IMG/VR virus record: IMGVR_UViG_3300008261_000025
Coordinates: 1-55,644 of that record
Origin: a virus
Taxonomy: Duplodnaviria > Caudoviricetes
Direction: 5' to 3' (one strand)
DNA length: 55,644 nucleotides
The notes beneath the pieces were generated by a model. The model ran no database searches. It was given only the letters and a program-made list of their open reading frames with translations, and was not told where the DNA came from. The translations under genes were made by a program, and so were the position numbers. Of the stretch, positions 19,336 through 29,028 are shown in pieces (positions within the stretch are counted from its first letter, which is position 1; the number at the start of each line of letters is the position of its first letter).

Positions 19336-19749
19336 ATGCCAGCAGAAATCGTTTCAATACTAGCAATAGAAAATAATAAAGCAAGAGTGCAACTAGAAAA
19401 TGGTGCAATCATAGATGGCTCTAAAATTATTATGCCTTTTGGATTTTTTGCTAATATGCCAATTGACGAAAATTCATTGGGTTTATTATTCAAAGACGGC
19501 TCGCTAGATAACTCTTACGTTCTGCCAGTCAACATTATAACACAACCAATTATTGCTAGTGGCGATGTAGCAATCAAAGATTTTTTTAATTATAGTTCTG
19601 ATTCTAATTCTCTTAGCATAAATGCCGATGTTGAAATTCAAGGTAAATTGCAAGCTAGTGGTGAATGTAAATTTCAAAATAAACTGTTTTTACAGCATAC
19701 ACATAGTGGAGTGCAATCTGGCTCTAGCGACACTGGTGCAGTTTCTTAA
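19336..19749 (+). CDS. Baseplate central spike (Mu gp45/P2 gpV-like), opposite strand to the tail operon
   Basis: PFGF..P motif and C-terminal HTHSGVQSG...TG iron-binding tip. Confidence 0.85.
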   Translation: MPAEIVSILAIENNKARVQLENGAIIDGSKIIMPFGFFANMPIDENSLGLLFKDGSLDNSYVLPVNIITQPIIASGDVAIKDFFNYSSDSNSLSINADVEIQGKLQASGECKFQNKLFLQHTHSGVQSGSSDTGAVS

Positions 19750-20834
19750 CTTTTGTATTTACTCGCTAAATCACCAGTAAAAGTTTTGAAAAACTTAGCA
19801 ATAGAATTAGATAAAATTGGGTTGTCATCAAAGCTTGTAAAACTGCCAACATTGCAAAGCGACAAGGTGGTTCTGCTACCACTATCATCTAATTTATAAC
19901 TAACACCTTGTATCAAAAAACAACCATTCATTTTATTTGCTTTATCTTGCAATAAAACTAAAGTATTTTCCTTCCATAATAAGCCAGTATCAACATTAGT
20001 CAAAAAACCGCGGACTTCGGTTTCGTATTTTGAACCCTTACCCCTCTTGACAGCCATATACCAATTAGCTACATCTTCTAATTTATGTTTGTTTGCATTG
20101 CTACCAAGACTAACAATTAATCTTTTATTTGTATTTGCCGTCTGATCAACAAACTCTACATTTTGCTTAAATCTTTTTTTGCTTTCAACTTGTTTTTGCG
20201 AACCAACTATTCGAATATATCGATAAGTTTCGCTACTGTCAATATTAAGATTACTTGACAATAAATTAATATTATTTTTTGTTAAATTTAATTCGCCAAC
20301 GGCTAAATCTGCCCCTTCTCTAGTAATTAATATATCGCCACTTTCGTTAGTAATTATTATGACTTGAATTGTTCTGGCTAATTTATCTAAGAATTGAAAT
20401 ATTTTCATATCTTTTTCTGCTACAAACGAATTGCCAACAAGCTTTGGCAAGTTCTTTATATTAGTTTCAATTTTTATATTGTTAAAACCGTTGTCATCTA
20501 AAATTAGCCTTGCTAATTTTAGAAAATCATTTTGCTTATATTGCTTTGGAATAATATCGCTGTCAATAATTTCACCTGCTTTATCTCTGCCCGACAGTGT
20601 TAAGTAGTGTTCTGTCAAAGATTGAGTTATGTCGATACCTTCAACATAGCCAGAAAATACTAATTCTTGATTTATCTCTATTTTTATGCTCGAGCCTTTA
20701 ATTAATCCTATAAAATTTGCTGTTTTTTGTGTAATGTTAATAGAAAATGAATTACAAAAATTTTCAATCGACTTACTAAGTGAAAAATCAAGAAAATCGT
20801 CCACATCGCAACTATTAATTTCTATTTTAATCAT
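19746..20834 (-). CDS. Baseplate hub protein, Mu gp44-like
   Basis: SIE....F, GYV..I, LSGRDK..IIDS, LW..NT.V, FLI..V.Y..D..GSRT.L.L. Confidence 0.85.
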   Translation of the reverse strand: MIKIEINSCDVDDFLDFSLSKSIENFCNSFSINITQKTANFIGLIKGSSIKIEINQELVFSGYVEGIDITQSLTEHYLTLSGRDKAGEIIDSDIIPKQYKQNDFLKLARLILDDNGFNNIKIETNIKNLPKLVGNSFVAEKDMKIFQFLDKLARTIQVIIITNESGDILITREGADLAVGELNLTKNNINLLSSNLNIDSSETYRYIRIVGSQKQVESKKRFKQNVEFVDQTANTNKRLIVSLGSNANKHKLEDVANWYMAVKRGKGSKYETEVRGFLTNVDTGLLWKENTLVLLQDKANKMNGCFLIQGVSYKLDDSGSRTTLSLCNVGSFTSFDDNPILSNSIAKFFKTFTGDLASKYKS

Positions 20835-22036
20835 TGCTCTTGATATTTTAACACTTTAATAACTCCAGCAACATTACTTGTATCTTCTATGTTATTGATA
20901 TTTATAATCAAATCTTTGTTCTTTTCCGCATCAACACCATATAAATTATGTAAAATATTTATTAGGGGCATTGGATTTTTTACTTCATAATCGATTAAAT
21001 TAGGCACACTTAAAATAAGGCTATTAAGATAATTAATAGCTTGATATCTCAAGTTATGTAAATTATCAATAATATCTCTATTTTCTATTTTTGTAAAATC
21101 TATTTTTTGAAAACCGTATTCTAAATCGGCAATAGTATCATTAAGTTCTTTTACATTACTATAATCAATATCAGCGGACACTTGATAACCAAGGGTGAGG
21201 GCATTAATTCTAACAGCTTGATTAATTAATTCTTGATTATTTCTAATATCTATTGAGTTTTGAGAAATTCCAATTTGTATTCTATCTTTTTTATCAATGC
21301 CAAATAAATTTTTGCAAACTTTAAATAAATCTTTACTACTTTGATAAGCTACACTCATATTATCAAAGGCAATTTTAATATTATTAGCCAATATTTTTGG
21401 CGATTTTACTAGATTATTTGCAGAATTGATTATTTGATTAATTGAGGTTGATAAATCTGCCAAACTATCGCCAGCACCAGCAACCGCACTTGCAGTGTTG
21501 TTAATTGTTGAGGCGACTTCTGTAAATGTATCAACAGCACTGTCAAATTTTTCTTTATAATCTTTTACACTGGCGAATGCTTTGTCAAAATCATCTTCAT
21601 AATCGCCAAGAATTTTGCTTTTTAAACCAGCTAAAAAACCCTTACCTTTCTTTTTACTAACTCCATTTTGTGTAATTTCAACAAATTCAAAGTTAACATC
21701 GGTAATTCCAGCAGAAGATTGACTATCTTTAAAATCAAAACTTACAACAAAACCATAATATTTTTTATAAAATGGTAGTGATAAATACCCAGCTTTGCCA
21801 TCAGTAAAAGCTTTTTCTAATTTATCACGATTTTTATAATTTTTATTGCAATCAATAATAGCATTAACCGCAATCTTTTTTAACAAAATACCACGAGCCT
21901 CTATATGTCTTTTGTCGCCAAGTGGATATTCAAATTCGCTAAATTTTAAACCGCTTTTAATATTGCTATCTCTAAAATTAAATTTTACTCCTTTGAATTT
22001 GCTAATTTTGGCTCTTGAAGGATTGTAAATTGTCAT
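20831..22036 (-). CDS. Mu gp43-like (DNA circularisation N-terminal domain) tail protein
   Basis: FKGVKF, EFEYP..D...E..G, G.L.LP, C-terminal P...L...LYG motif. Confidence 0.8.
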   Translation of the reverse strand: MTIYNPSRAKISKFKGVKFNFRDSNIKSGLKFSEFEYPLGDKRHIEARGILLKKIAVNAIIDCNKNYKNRDKLEKAFTDGKAGYLSLPFYKKYYGFVVSFDFKDSQSSAGITDVNFEFVEITQNGVSKKKGKGFLAGLKSKILGDYEDDFDKAFASVKDYKEKFDSAVDTFTEVASTINNTASAVAGAGDSLADLSTSINQIINSANNLVKSPKILANNIKIAFDNMSVAYQSSKDLFKVCKNLFGIDKKDRIQIGISQNSIDIRNNQELINQAVRINALTLGYQVSADIDYSNVKELNDTIADLEYGFQKIDFTKIENRDIIDNLHNLRYQAINYLNSLILSVPNLIDYEVKNPMPLINILHNLYGVDAEKNKDLIININNIEDTSNVAGVIKVLKYQEQ

Positions 22037-23412
22037 TATTGAGCATAAGTTGAGTTAATGCCTAAATTCAAATTAGGGGTAGATTGCCTTTGAAAAACAG
22101 TAGTATTTTTAGGCATATTGCCAAAGTTAATATCTAAACCGCCAGAAAATCTTTGCTGTTGCGGTTGTATTGGGATTGGAGTTTGTGTTTTTAGCTCCTC
22201 TTCATACCAGCCAAACTTTTTATTCATAAATTTTTGAAAAAGACTTCCTCTAGTGCTTTCTACAAATATTTTTCTTATAAATTCATAAACTTTTTTTACA
22301 GTAGCAAGAATGGTATCCCAATTTTCAATTATTAATCCAAGAGCTAAGGCGATAATATTTAATAACGACCATCCTTTAAATGGATTAAATTGACTTAATT
22401 TTTTAAAATAAACCCAAAGACCAACAAATACCGTAAAAACAGTAACGATTTGTCTTATTGCATAAATAAAACCTCCAAGAGCTAACCCAATTGGCAATAG
22501 TGCAGTTAAAAATATACCGCTATAAACAATAAGCTTTTTTGTTTCTGGCGACATATTAGCAAAAGCTGCAGTGGTTTTATCGGCAAAAGTGTTGATTTCT
22601 TTTATTAAATTTTTTAGCTCAACAACTTTAACAATTTCATTTCCTAGATTGGCAAAAGCAAGATTAATATTATCTTTTAATGTTGAAAACATGCCACCAA
22701 GCGACTTGCTAAGTTTATCAGTAGCCTGATAATACATTCCAGATTGCTCAGTGGATTTTGCTAATGCTTTATTAACCATATCAAAAGACACAAGTCCTTT
22801 AGAACCCATTTCTTTTAATTGTGTAATAGTTTTTCCAGTAGTTTTTTGCAGTAAAGCCCAAATCGGGATGCCATTACTAATAAATTGCATTGCATCTTGA
22901 CCTTGCAATTTAGTTGCACCAGCAACTTGACCATATACTACTGCTAAACTTTCGAGATTAGCTCCTGAACCAGCCGCAACATCACCTAGCATTTTTGTAG
23001 TAGAGACTACATCTTTTAATGCGATATTTGATCCTAGCAATGTTCTTGTTGATTTAACTATCTCTGGCAACTCAAAAGGAGTTTCAGCAGAATATTTCGA
23101 GAGTTCTTGAAATAAATTTTTACCTTTCTCTGCCGAGCCAGTCAATATTTCTAATTGAATACCTAAAGTCTCAAAATCTGCCGCTGATTTGATAGCTTTC
23201 ACACCGATTCCACCAAGACCAGTGGACATAACAGCAACACTACGACTAAAACTAAAAGCTTTGTCGGACATATCCGCAATATTTTTTTCAATTCTTTTTG
23301 CTGATTGATAAAAAGTATTAGCAGTAGAACTCATTGCTTTTTCAATTCCTTTCAACTTCGGACTTAATAAATCGTGCAGATCGTAGGTAAATTTAACAAT
23401 ATTATAAGACAT
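22036..23412 (-). CDS. Tape measure protein (short, 458 aa)
   Basis: TPFELPEI, LGDVAAG, YGQ....KLQGQD..Q....GIP domain; TM segments. Confidence 0.9.
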   Translation of the reverse strand: MSYNIVKFTYDLHDLLSPKLKGIEKAMSSTANTFYQSAKRIEKNIADMSDKAFSFSRSVAVMSTGLGGIGVKAIKSAADFETLGIQLEILTGSAEKGKNLFQELSKYSAETPFELPEIVKSTRTLLGSNIALKDVVSTTKMLGDVAAGSGANLESLAVVYGQVAGATKLQGQDAMQFISNGIPIWALLQKTTGKTITQLKEMGSKGLVSFDMVNKALAKSTEQSGMYYQATDKLSKSLGGMFSTLKDNINLAFANLGNEIVKVVELKNLIKEINTFADKTTAAFANMSPETKKLIVYSGIFLTALLPIGLALGGFIYAIRQIVTVFTVFVGLWVYFKKLSQFNPFKGWSLLNIIALALGLIIENWDTILATVKKVYEFIRKIFVESTRGSLFQKFMNKKFGWYEEELKTQTPIPIQPQQQRFSGGLDINFGNMPKNTTVFQRQSTPNLNLGINSTYAQ

Positions 23413-23647
23413 TATTTTGCTCGATTATTATTTTATTTCTAGCTTTTATAAGCATATTTAATTCAGCAGGTGGCATTTCTAATATATTATGGTAGGTTAT
23501 GGCACCCTGATAAAATACCATAACCTGTGATATTAGATAAAATATTCTTTCTTGATAATCTAATTCTTTTTCATATTCATATTTACGCCAACTAACCACC
23601 TGCTGACCCAAAAATTTGCTAAAAACTCGCAAATAATATTTTCCCAA
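23402..23647 (-). CDS. Tail assembly chaperone extension (gpGT-like, probably reached by -1 frameshift)
   Basis: -1 frame overlapping the chaperone 3' end; slippery A-AAT-TTT at 23617-23611. Confidence 0.55.
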   Translation of the reverse strand: MGKYYLRVFSKFLGQQVVSWRKYEYEKELDYQERIFYLISQVMVFYQGAITYHNILEMPPAELNMLIKARNKIIIEQNNVL

Positions 23648-24027
23648 TCTTGATAATCTAGATCTGCTAAATCTTTATCGTTTAGCGGATTTTGATAACA
23701 CTCATCTTTAAAAGCAATTTTTTTAATCAATTCATTTGCTTTATTAATTATTTCTTGATCGCCATTGAATAAGGTTAAGGCAACAGCCGAGGCAGTAATA
23801 GGCTCTTCTTTACCCCCTTCTTGCTCTTGCTTTTGTTCTTGCCTAGGGTTATTTGCTACAAACTTCATTGATTGCTGAATAAAAGTCGAGCGGAAGTAAT
23901 GGTAGTGATTTTTTATAAGATTGATATTAACCTCTTTTAGGTAAATAGTATCTATATCCTTAAAAGTATTGCTACCATTATCGTTAAAAGGCGAATTAAC
24001 CAGTTTTTTAATAAGTGTTATTTTCAT
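23560..24027 (-). CDS. Tail assembly chaperone (gpG-like); start moved to MKITLIK
   Basis: Position between tube and tape measure; L..LD..D C-terminal pattern. Confidence 0.7.
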   Translation of the reverse strand: MKITLIKKLVNSPFNDNGSNTFKDIDTIYLKEVNINLIKNHYHYFRSTFIQQSMKFVANNPRQEQKQEQEGGKEEPITASAVALTLFNGDQEIINKANELIKKIAFKDECYQNPLNDKDLADLDYQDWENIICEFLANFWVSRWLVGVNMNMKKN

Positions 24028-24031
24028 TTGA

Positions 24032-24382
24032 TTAAGCATAAAGTGGATCGGCATTAAATTCTAAGTCAACATCTTCGCCATACGATCTTTCAATCGTATT
24101 AGTTTTTAAAAAAACACCAGTAAATTTATTAGATTCGTAAGCAATAGTGTTATTATCCCCATTTGCCATTATTTGGTTTATAAGGTTATGACTTTCCACA
24201 TCGTAACGGATATTAACTTTGATTACAGAAAAAGCTTTGTCGTAATTTTTTCTTTTTACTGGTTTTCCACCGATTTGACCAGTAGCCTCTATTTCTGGAG
24301 TTCCATCTGTAAATGAAACTTTATTATTATAAGGTAATGTTTTTCCATTAACATATAAAAATGGTTTGTCTTGTATTGCCAT
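24032..24382 (-). CDS. Tail tube protein
   Basis: 116 aa directly after the sheath gene. Confidence 0.7.
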   Translation of the reverse strand: MAIQDKPFLYVNGKTLPYNNKVSFTDGTPEIEATGQIGGKPVKRKNYDKAFSVIKVNIRYDVESHNLINQIMANGDNNTIAYESNKFTGVFLKTNTIERSYGEDVDLEFNADPLYA

Positions 24383-24384
24383 AA

Positions 24385-25947
24385 TTAAGCCTCGAAGTTA
24401 GGGATTAGATTAATAATAATGCTTTCAAGCTGGGATACTATTTTTGCAGCACTATCAGCAATAATAGAGCCATTTTGCAAATTAACAATTATTGTCTTTT
24501 CAACACTTTCTTTAAAGTAATTAAGAGCCTCGTTGCTAGCAACAAGTAAAGCATAAGAACTGTTAAGGTTAGCAAGACCAGATAATTCAGTGTAGTAAGA
24601 GCATAAAGCACCAATAAATGTTTGTTTATTAACCATTTTGCGATTAGGAACTACTTGACCACTTGTTAAAGCATGTTGAGGGAAGTCTTTTTTTATACTT
24701 CTAAAGAAATACTCACGAACAATCGACATAGTATCTAAAGTATTTAAACTTTGATAAGTTTTATCAACATTGCCAGAATTGTCAGTTTTATAAGTTGTAA
24801 ATTGCTTGTTAATATCGATATAAGTATTGCTACCATTATTTTGCGGACAAGAACCGCCAGAGTTTTTTAACTCATCTCGTTCTTCACTAAGATAATTGTT
24901 GCCTATATCAATTATCGGCAATTCTAAAGCAATCGTATTGAAATAAGGAATTGCAGCATTATAAGAACCGCCTAGAGTTTCGCCATTTGACATAATACTA
25001 GAAATATTAGCATCAATAGTAAGCCTTAGCTCTCTAATTGCAGCAATTACAGAAGCTATTGTTAAATTATTTTCAAAAATAGCACCGCCTTTATGATTAG
25101 CATTGTCTATTTTTCTATTGCAAACAACATCCAAACTTTTTTGATTTAGGCTGTCAAGCAAAACATTATTATCGGCAAAAGTTTTAGTGCTTGCTATAAT
25201 GCCAACACCATCTAAAACATTATTATCAATATTTATTCTGCTTTCGGTTAGCTCGGTAAGAATAGACAAAGTATATTCACTAGGGTAAGCAATTGCTGTA
25301 TATCTTATGGCACTATTTTTGATATTATCAAATAATGTTGTTAATACAGGGTTATTGGCTCCGCCAGTCATTGCAGTAATTACAATTGACAAGCCAGCAA
25401 CAAAACCTTTATATTTTAAGCCAATAGAATTACCAACAAGACCCTTATTTACTGCGGTTAAATTAACAGTAGAAGTTGATAATGCTGCGGAAACAGGACT
25501 TAGTAAATTAGCATCAATTTTAGCTTTAAGTTTTGTTGCTATTGAAACTGCGGTGTCTCCGCTAGTAATATCAATAGTGTAAGCACCATTCTTAATGCTG
25601 TCAACATAAAAAGTAAATTGTCCGCTTTCAGTAGCAGTCCCGCTAATAGCAAAAGAACCAGTTGCACTAACTCCGCTAGCATTGTCATCAAGACCAATAG
25701 CAGAAATTTTAGGTTTTATGCTTGATATTGATAAAGTCTTTATCAATGATCGTCCAGCTATTGCAAGATGTGAGTTTTTGCCAAAGTAATTATTAAAATC
25801 TGCCTCTGTCAAGACATCTTTTAAATCACCGCTAATAGCAGAACCACCACTTGTTTTTTGCCCTACTAATAGAATTGACCTAGCATCGAGCGAGGTTGCA
25901 GTTTTTGCACTTAGTATGTTAACCGTTGCCTTAGGATATTCGCTCAT
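24385..25947 (-). CDS. Tail sheath protein (Mu gpL-like)
   Basis: LLVGQK, FG.NS.L, ATGS..I.GTATESG, LTA.NKG..GN, MTGGA.NP, TTYKTD..G..D.Y. Confidence 0.92.
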   Translation of the reverse strand: MSEYPKATVNILSAKTATSLDARSILLVGQKTSGGSAISGDLKDVLTEADFNNYFGKNSHLAIAGRSLIKTLSISSIKPKISAIGLDDNASGVSATGSFAISGTATESGQFTFYVDSIKNGAYTIDITSGDTAVSIATKLKAKIDANLLSPVSAALSTSTVNLTAVNKGLVGNSIGLKYKGFVAGLSIVITAMTGGANNPVLTTLFDNIKNSAIRYTAIAYPSEYTLSILTELTESRINIDNNVLDGVGIIASTKTFADNNVLLDSLNQKSLDVVCNRKIDNANHKGGAIFENNLTIASVIAAIRELRLTIDANISSIMSNGETLGGSYNAAIPYFNTIALELPIIDIGNNYLSEERDELKNSGGSCPQNNGSNTYIDINKQFTTYKTDNSGNVDKTYQSLNTLDTMSIVREYFFRSIKKDFPQHALTSGQVVPNRKMVNKQTFIGALCSYYTELSGLANLNSSYALLVASNEALNYFKESVEKTIIVNLQNGSIIADSAAKIVSQLESIIINLIPNFEA

Positions 25948-26130
25948 TTATTTTTCCTTTTTTGTTTTAATAATAATTTCGACAGCATTATCAATAACAC
26001 TATCTTTTAACCTATTTCGCCAAAACTGACTAGTTGGCAAATTATCAATAGCTTCAATTTCTATCTCTTGCCCCTCTGTTAATTTACCAAGCTCAGGATG
26101 TGTAAAAGGTTTTAATATTTTTATAAGCAT
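25948..26130 (-). CDS. Mu gp38/DUF2635-like small tail protein
   Basis: 60 aa, FWRNRLKD..I, immediately before the sheath gene. Confidence 0.7.
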   Translation of the reverse strand: MLIKILKPFTHPELGKLTEGQEIEIEAIDNLPTSQFWRNRLKDSVIDNAVEIIIKTKKEK

Positions 26131-26136
26131 AATTAA

Positions 26137-27180
26137 TTAGTAATTAACATTAGAATTAAAATTGTTAATAGTAAAGTTGGCATTTAAGAACGGAACAAAA
26201 TCAGCAGAATGATCTACTCCATCATTATCCTTAATTTCACCAGTAATTGCAAAATCAAAACGATGAATATAACTAGCGGCATCATAGATATCAGTTCCGT
26301 TTCCAAGATACAAACATGGTTGATATTTATCTTGTGTCAATATACTATCAAAACGATAATTTGCAATACTTTTTAATATCGGTTTCAAATAACTTCTTGC
26401 TAAGTCCGCCTCAGCACTTGCATAAGGTGAATTTTGAGTGGGTATTGCGACAAATATTGAAAATTCTAGCAAAGTTTTAAAATAGAATTGCTGATTAGTT
26501 GAATGCGAGTCGGTTGTTAAACTAGCACCTTTATCTTCTACCCTTTCATCACCAAGTAAAACAAAGATCCATTTTTGATTTGTGTCGTTTTTAAAAAATT
26601 CCATCAATCTTTCGCTACTGGCGAAATGTTGAATTCTCGAAGCTTTGCTAAAACTTATATTGCCACTAATAACATTATTTGCAATAGAATTTTCTACTGG
26701 ATAAGAAAATTTATCGTTATCTATTTTAGTTATTTGCCTAAAGCCATTAAAATAAATGTTATCATCAAGAGTGATATAGCCATTATTAGCATTACCGAAG
26801 TCATTTGAGTAAAATTCGATTGTGTAAAAATCTGGCAAAGATTTTATTGTTTTATTACCATTATAACCATCAATAGAGCAATCAGCAATAGTTATATTGC
26901 TATTAACCTCAATAAATAAATTATGATTTTCAGCTAATTTAATCGTTGCAGAACCACTAGAATAAGTAATAGATTGTATATTTACTCTTCTTTTAGCTCC
27001 TCGAATAGTAATATAATCGCCAGTTGATAAGCCGTGATTATTTGCTGTTGCAGTAATTATTGTGTTATTCTTGACAAGACTAGTAATATTAACAATATCA
27101 CTAAAGTCATCGGTAAAATTACACAACACTTGCCTAAGTCTATTGGCTATTTGATTACCTATCATAAATAACCTTTTCAA
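26137..27180 (-). CDS. Putative tail terminator/neck protein with nested beta-domain insertions
   Basis: Position after the gp10-like gene; two HGL/HNL modules, one inside the other. Confidence 0.6.
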   Translation of the reverse strand: MKRLFMIGNQIANRLRQVLCNFTDDFSDIVNITSLVKNNTIITATANNHGLSTGDYITIRGAKRRVNIQSITYSSGSATIKLAENHNLFIEVNSNITIADCSIDGYNGNKTIKSLPDFYTIEFYSNDFGNANNGYITLDDNIYFNGFRQITKIDNDKFSYPVENSIANNVISGNISFSKASRIQHFASSERLMEFFKNDTNQKWIFVLLGDERVEDKGASLTTDSHSTNQQFYFKTLLEFSIFVAIPTQNSPYASAEADLARSYLKPILKSIANYRFDSILTQDKYQPCLYLGNGTDIYDAASYIHRFDFAITGEIKDNDGVDHSADFVPFLNANFTINNFNSNVNY

Positions 27181-27625
27181 TATTAGATATCGCCAGTGCC
27201 TTTATCCTTCCTTCATTCGCTTGCATTGATCTTTGCAATGGCATTCTCGCTTTCATATTTTTTGATCCAAATTCTAAAGCTTTGCTATATTTAATAGCAA
27301 AACTATCTTTACCGCTACCCCATTCTAAAGTGCGATTGCCCCTCACAATAAAATTAATGGACTTCCTAAATTCTCCAGTGCGAATAGCAGGGGTTTCACT
27401 TTCGGCAGAAGCTCTTTTTAATTTTGGTTTTTTTAATCTGCCTCTTACTCCAAAATAGACTGGATATTCTCGCCCGCTTTTTGGTTTTTTCATATCTTGC
27501 AATAACCAGTCTCTAAGAGTTCTACCTATTTGATAAGCAGTTTTTCTGTAAGCATCCGTTACTTGCTTGTTTAATTTTTTATTCTTTAATAATGTAGCTA
27601 AATTGCCATTAGTCGTCATTTTCAT
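27155..27625 (-). CDS. HK97 gp10-like tail completion protein
   Basis: SGR.Y, ASA..E.PA.RTG..R.SI, Y...LEFG...M.AR. Confidence 0.85.
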   Translation of the reverse strand: MKMTTNGNLATLLKNKKLNKQVTDAYRKTAYQIGRTLRDWLLQDMKKPKSGREYPVYFGVRGRLKKPKLKRASAESETPAIRTGEFRKSINFIVRGNRTLEWGSGKDSFAIKYSKALEFGSKNMKARMPLQRSMQANEGRIKALAISNIEKVIYDR

Positions 27626-28014
27626 AAGCTGTTGGCTTTCAATGTTGATAAACCAAGCTCTTTTGCTCGTAGCCTTATAATGCTGTTATCTTTGTCAATA
27701 TCATCAACTAATTCTACTTTATATCTTCTATCATCTAATAATATGAATAGTTGTTGTGAAATATCAATTGCAGAATTATATCTAGTGTAAAAATCAATTG
27801 TTATGCTATTAGCAACATTTACATTATTAACAAAATCGCCATTTGCAGAAGTTTTTATCATTGCAAAAACTGTTGTCAATGTTTGATATCCAATACTAAC
27901 ATCGCCGTTAGGATTATTGTTGCCAGAACTAGAATATTTTTGTATTGTAATTTTTCTATTAAAATCAGCGACACAAATTTTTTTAATATTGTTTTTGATT
28001 GATTGGCACTTCAT
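27622..28014 (-). CDS. Head closure protein (SPP1 gp16-like)
   Basis: ITIQ, VFA.I, F..RY...I, Y.V..V.D.D motifs. Confidence 0.8.
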   Translation of the reverse strand: MKCQSIKNNIKKICVADFNRKITIQKYSSSGNNNPNGDVSIGYQTLTTVFAMIKTSANGDFVNNVNVANSITIDFYTRYNSAIDISQQLFILLDDRRYKVELVDDIDKDNSIIRLRAKELGLSTLKANSL

Positions 28015-28587
28015 TTAGATAACAGAAAAAATATTATTACTTATTATCCAAGGTTGAAATAATCTATTCGCCATATTGCTTTCTTGTGCACAATCGCCAC
28101 TATTACTATATAACCAAACAACGAAACTAATTACCGCCTCTTTTAGCGAAGGTGGAACTTGATTTGCTGAAGTGCCATAACCACTAATAAATTCTATTTC
28201 TATTGCTTGCAACCTTTCATCTGGGTTAAAATTTTCAGTAAAAACCAGCTTTGCATATTCGTTAGATTTTTCAAAATAATAATCAGCAGAATTGACGGTT
28301 TGCAAAACATTATTTTTATAATATTTGACAGAATTGATAATTTGTATTTTGCTTTTACGAAACTCAACAATACAATCAAAGTAATCTAAAAAACCAAGCC
28401 AAGTTTTATTAATTAAGTCCCGTCCAGTTATTTTCTCGCAATATTCGGTAGCAACAGTTATTAATCTAGTCAATTCAGCATCAAAATCACTATTACCAAC
28501 AAGACGAAGCCTCTCTTTTACCTCGTCAAGTGTAATAGGTTGAATTAATGCTGGTTGAATTAGAATGTAATTGCCGATTGTTTGCAT
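28015..28587 (-). CDS. Head-tail connector (gp6/gp15-like); start moved to MQTIGN
   Basis: PITLDEVKE.LR...D..L..LI..A..YCE..TGR, F..GYG, VP..LK.A. Confidence 0.88.
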   Translation of the reverse strand: MQTIGNYILIQPALIQPITLDEVKERLRLVGNSDFDAELTRLITVATEYCEKITGRDLINKTWLGFLDYFDCIVEFRKSKIQIINSVKYYKNNVLQTVNSADYYFEKSNEYAKLVFTENFNPDERLQAIEIEFISGYGTSANQVPPSLKEAVISFVVWLYSNSGDCAQESNMANRLFQPWIISNNIFSVI

Positions 28588-28588
28588 T

Positions 28589-28975
28589 TTACGAATTGTC
28601 TGCATTTTTAGGGCGGCGACCTCTTTTTGGCTTATCAATAATTACATTAGATGTATTTTCTATTTCATCTTTTTTATTATCATCTTGATCATCATCTTGA
28701 TCATCATCTTGATCATCTTGATCATCATCTTGATCATCTTGATCATCATTTTCTACATAATCTTTCGTTTGCAATTCGATTTTTAAATCTTGGGTTTCGA
28801 GTATTGCGGATGGAAAATCTTGAGTTTGATTAGCCTCAATCCCCCATTTTTCTTTTATAAATACTTCTGCTAAATCTTGATAAATTTCTACGATCTCTCC
28901 TGCTTTGTATTCCTTTAGTTTTATGCCAGTTTCATCGGCGGAAGCATTAATTGTCTTGAGAACTTTTATAAGCAT
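28589..28975 (-). CDS. Head-region protein with acidic repeat and basic AT-hook-like tail
   Basis: YKAGEIVEI..DLAE.FI N-domain; (DDQD)n; KPKRGRRPK. Confidence 0.7.
   Translation of the reverse strand: MLIKVLKTINASADETGIKLKEYKAGEIVEIYQDLAEVFIKEKWGIEANQTQDFPSAILETQDLKIELQTKDYVENDDQDDQDDDQDDQDDDQDDDQDDNKKDEIENTSNVIIDKPKRGRRPKNADNS
28680..28749. repeat. Coding tandem repeat of 9/12-nt units
   Basis: tcatcttga/tcatcatcttga units encoding DDQD. Confidence 0.85.
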
Positions 28976-28994
28976 AATTTTATTATTTAATGTT

Positions 28995-29021
28995 AAAAAA
29001 AAGGGGTAGTTTCCTACCCCT
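28995..29021 (-). terminator. Intrinsic terminator after capsid and decoration genes
   Basis: Minus strand aggggtag-gaaa-ctacccct followed by a run of T. Confidence 0.9.
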
Positions 29022-29028
29022 AAGATTA

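Noticed and set aside
19278-19760. Invertase-driven phase-variable segment
   Set aside because: No recombinase gene and no inverted repeats visible at both ends of the spike gene
28680-28749. GATC cluster as a methylation-controlled site, or a CRISPR array
   Set aside because: Explained by GAT/CAA codons of the DDQD tract; no unique spacers and no cas genes
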